64,000 nucleotides of DNA, from positions 310,001 through 374,000 of the forward strand of contig NIVC01000150.1 of NCBI GenBank assembly GCA_002269645.1. Reading direction: 5' to 3'. Every line of letters starts with the position of its first letter. Positions within the stretch are counted from its first letter, which is position 1. A program made the position numbers and the translations under genes. This DNA is from Macrostomum lignano (Eukaryota). The notes below the pieces were generated by a model. That model did no database searches. It had not been told where the DNA came from and was given only the letters and a program-made list of their open reading frames with translations. Below are positions 61,606 through 64,000 of the stretch, in pieces.

Positions 61606-63387
61606 GGGTACCTCTCATTTCGCCAATTCTCGTTTCGCCGATTCTCGTTTCGCCGAATCTCATTTTGCCGATTCTCCTTTCGCCGACATTCTCATTTCGC
61701 CTAAATTAATTTCATAACCATCTGGACATTAGACCATAGACAACTACACTAATGCAAGTGTGATTTAGATGTCTATGGCTTGAAAATAAATTTAAAATTA
61801 AGAATTCTTTCTTCTGCATAGTCTATGGTAAAAAGTCTATAGCCAGTGGTATATATGTATGGTAGTAGGTTAGGAATAACATCCAACTTTCAAGCAAATA
61901 TTCACTAAAACGCACCATGGCTCAAGCAGCACTACAATTAACTACTTTAGTTCAAAGTTCGCGTGGAGGGCAGCTGCTTCACATTATGGGATATTTGTAC
62001 CGGCTCGATAAGAAGACTGAAGCAAAAGCATTTTACAAGTGTCGCCGCGAAGGTTGCAATGCCAGGGCCATCGTCGACGGTGGATATATTTCGCACAAGA
62101 GTGGACAGCATCGTCATGCGATTGATGAAACTGAAGCCCAGAGGATGAAATTTGTGCAGCATATCAAGAACGAATATACCAACAACAACGCTCCAATGCC
62201 TCAAGTATACCGGCAGGCCATTGCTATGGACGCCTTTCAAGCAAACCCGGCGACATTGCCGACATTCGGTAGTATCAAGGATGCAGCATACCGTGCTCGG
62301 CACAAGAACTTGCCCCTCTTCCGGCCACTCGAGCTGATTATATCGTTGATCCAGAGACTCAACAAACTCTGTGGGTTTTTGACATCAATGGAGGCACACC
62401 GAATCGCATCGTTGGGTTTTCATCGAGCGAGCTGATCCGCGCACTCGCAGAAACTGATCGCCTTCAAATTGACGGGACCTTCAACTGTTTTGCGAATATA
62501 TTTGAGATGCTGACAATCTCCATGGCAAGGTGCTTGGAGCGTGGGAGCCCCTGGCTTTTTTAAGGTTATAATAATTCCTGAACACTTGGTTGCAGCCAAA
62601 CGCTCGCTATAACCGACAAATGTGGAACCATTTCAATGAAGATGCAGACAGAACTATCAATGCCGCGGAGAGCCGACACCATGCGCTAAATTCGATAAGT
62701 CGCAACCATCGGCTCAATGTCCACAAATTTTTAAAGGAGTTGCGAGTTGAAATTGTCAATGCAGAGACGCGCATTCAGCAGCGAGCCGGGGGGACTGTAC
62801 CACCGCAGCCGAGGCTCCGAACCCGGCAACTAGCGAATGCTCTAGCGACCTTCAGAGGGCAGTTTCTCAACGGCCAAAGAAATCCACGGGACTACGTGGA
62901 TGCTTACAGCTACACTTTGCACGACGCGGTTGTCTAAGTTTCAACTGAACTGAACTCGTAATGATATTAACAGTTTAAAGTTTATTGGTAAAATGTCTGC
63001 TTCTGTGGTCTGTTATTCGACTTCTTACTGTTTGTGTTAGGTCCAGTATGAATGAAAAATAGAATAAAATTGATTGCGAATGTGAAATACAGAAATGCCG
63101 ATTGAAATCGTTTCTGGTGGCTTTTCTGGTAAAATAAATAATTGGTTTTATTGCATTGATTTCTGAGTTGATTTCTGAGTTCGTAATGCTGGTAAGCTAA
63201 CGAAATTAAGCTGCAAAAAGGCTATGGTAGGTAAATGCTCGTGCAATATTACTAATACAATACTTTATTTTTCAAGCCATAGACATCTAAATCACACTTG
63301 CACTAGTGTAGTTGTCTATGGTCTAATGTCCAGATGGTTATGAAATCAGTGTCGGCGAAACGAGAATCGGCGAAATTAGAGGTACCC
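61606..63387 (+). mobile_element. Internally deleted FLYWCH-MULE (Mutator) with ~180-bp TIRs and a 9-bp TSD
   Basis: Ends GGGTACC / GGTACCC. TSD GTCTCAGTG at 61597-61605 and 63388-63396. FLYWCH ORF 61917..62435, a short IDGTF remnant at ~62465, and a WNHF...RTIN.AES.H ORF at 62590..62937. Confidence 0.9.
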
Positions 63388-64000
63388 GTCTCAGTGTGTC
63401 TTCATTCAACACCATGCTTCATTTCGCTACTGGGCCATAGACAATGAAAAACAGTCTTCAATAGCTTGATTCTCCCAATAAGGATTAAATTGCTTGTTCC
63501 TATGCTCAATTGGCTTGGAAAATGCTGTAATATACTTGTTTTTTACACTGCTTGGTGCTGAGCTGAGCAAAAAGAGGGGAGTTACCATAGACAGTGGAAA
63601 CTTCGAGACGAAATTTCAATCCTTTTCACTCTGAAAAAGGGACAATAGAATCGGAATTTGCAGCCCAACTCATAGATCTTATATACACTAGATAGGCCAC
63701 TCAGTGGCACCCAGCCAAACCATTGAGTCTATGGGAAGCACTCCAAGAAGCGGTGATTTTCAGTTACGCCCGTAGTTTTCAGTAGTTTGTGCGCATATTT
63801 ATCAGTAGCTGAAACGAGCATTAAATTAACTTTTTATTTAGCTGTGTCAGCGTCAGACTTAGGATGCCTTTGCATGACCAGTGTAAGGTTATAATCAGCA
63901 GAGTGAGTTCAGAGAGAAAGAAATCGTCTATACATTTTTCTGGGTCAGAAGGCTGTTGGACAGCAGTGTATTTTTTAAAGAAAACTAAAAGACGTTGGCT

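Overview
Eukaryotic (metazoan) genomic DNA. The compact coding style and a possible trans-splice acceptor suggest a free-living flatworm such as Macrostomum; this is inference only. The window has three zones. (1) 1-4.6 kb holds host genes: a PAN/C-type-lectin gene, a PAP2 lipid phosphatase and NDUFA5. (2) 4.6-18 kb holds satellites, MITEs and RTE-LINE remnants. (3) From about 18.3 kb to the end is a dense mobile-element island marked by dozens of CCATAGAC/GTCTATGG octamers. The island contains at least six Crypton/DUF3504-type tyrosine-recombinase (YR) copies plus remnants, long palindromes centred on the octamer, and a three-level nest: a Gypsy element (704-bp LTRs, CTTA TSD) inside a long-TIR P/THAP element (8-bp TSD) inside a Crypton gene. 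A FLYWCH-MULE with a 9-bp TSD follows. The most unusual unit is a 6.8-7.6-kb cassette (about 19.1-26.7 kb). It pairs an intron-containing CRESS-Rep-like gene (degenerate HUH nickase motifs, retained SF3 ATPase motifs) convergently with a Zn-finger, HK-type YR gene. Iteron-like repeats, three related palindromes and inverted TAGTCTATGG boxes accompany it, making it a candidate undescribed Rep+YR integrative element. The Gypsy also carries a TatD-derived extra ORF. All family calls come from motif recognition by eye; no database searches were run.
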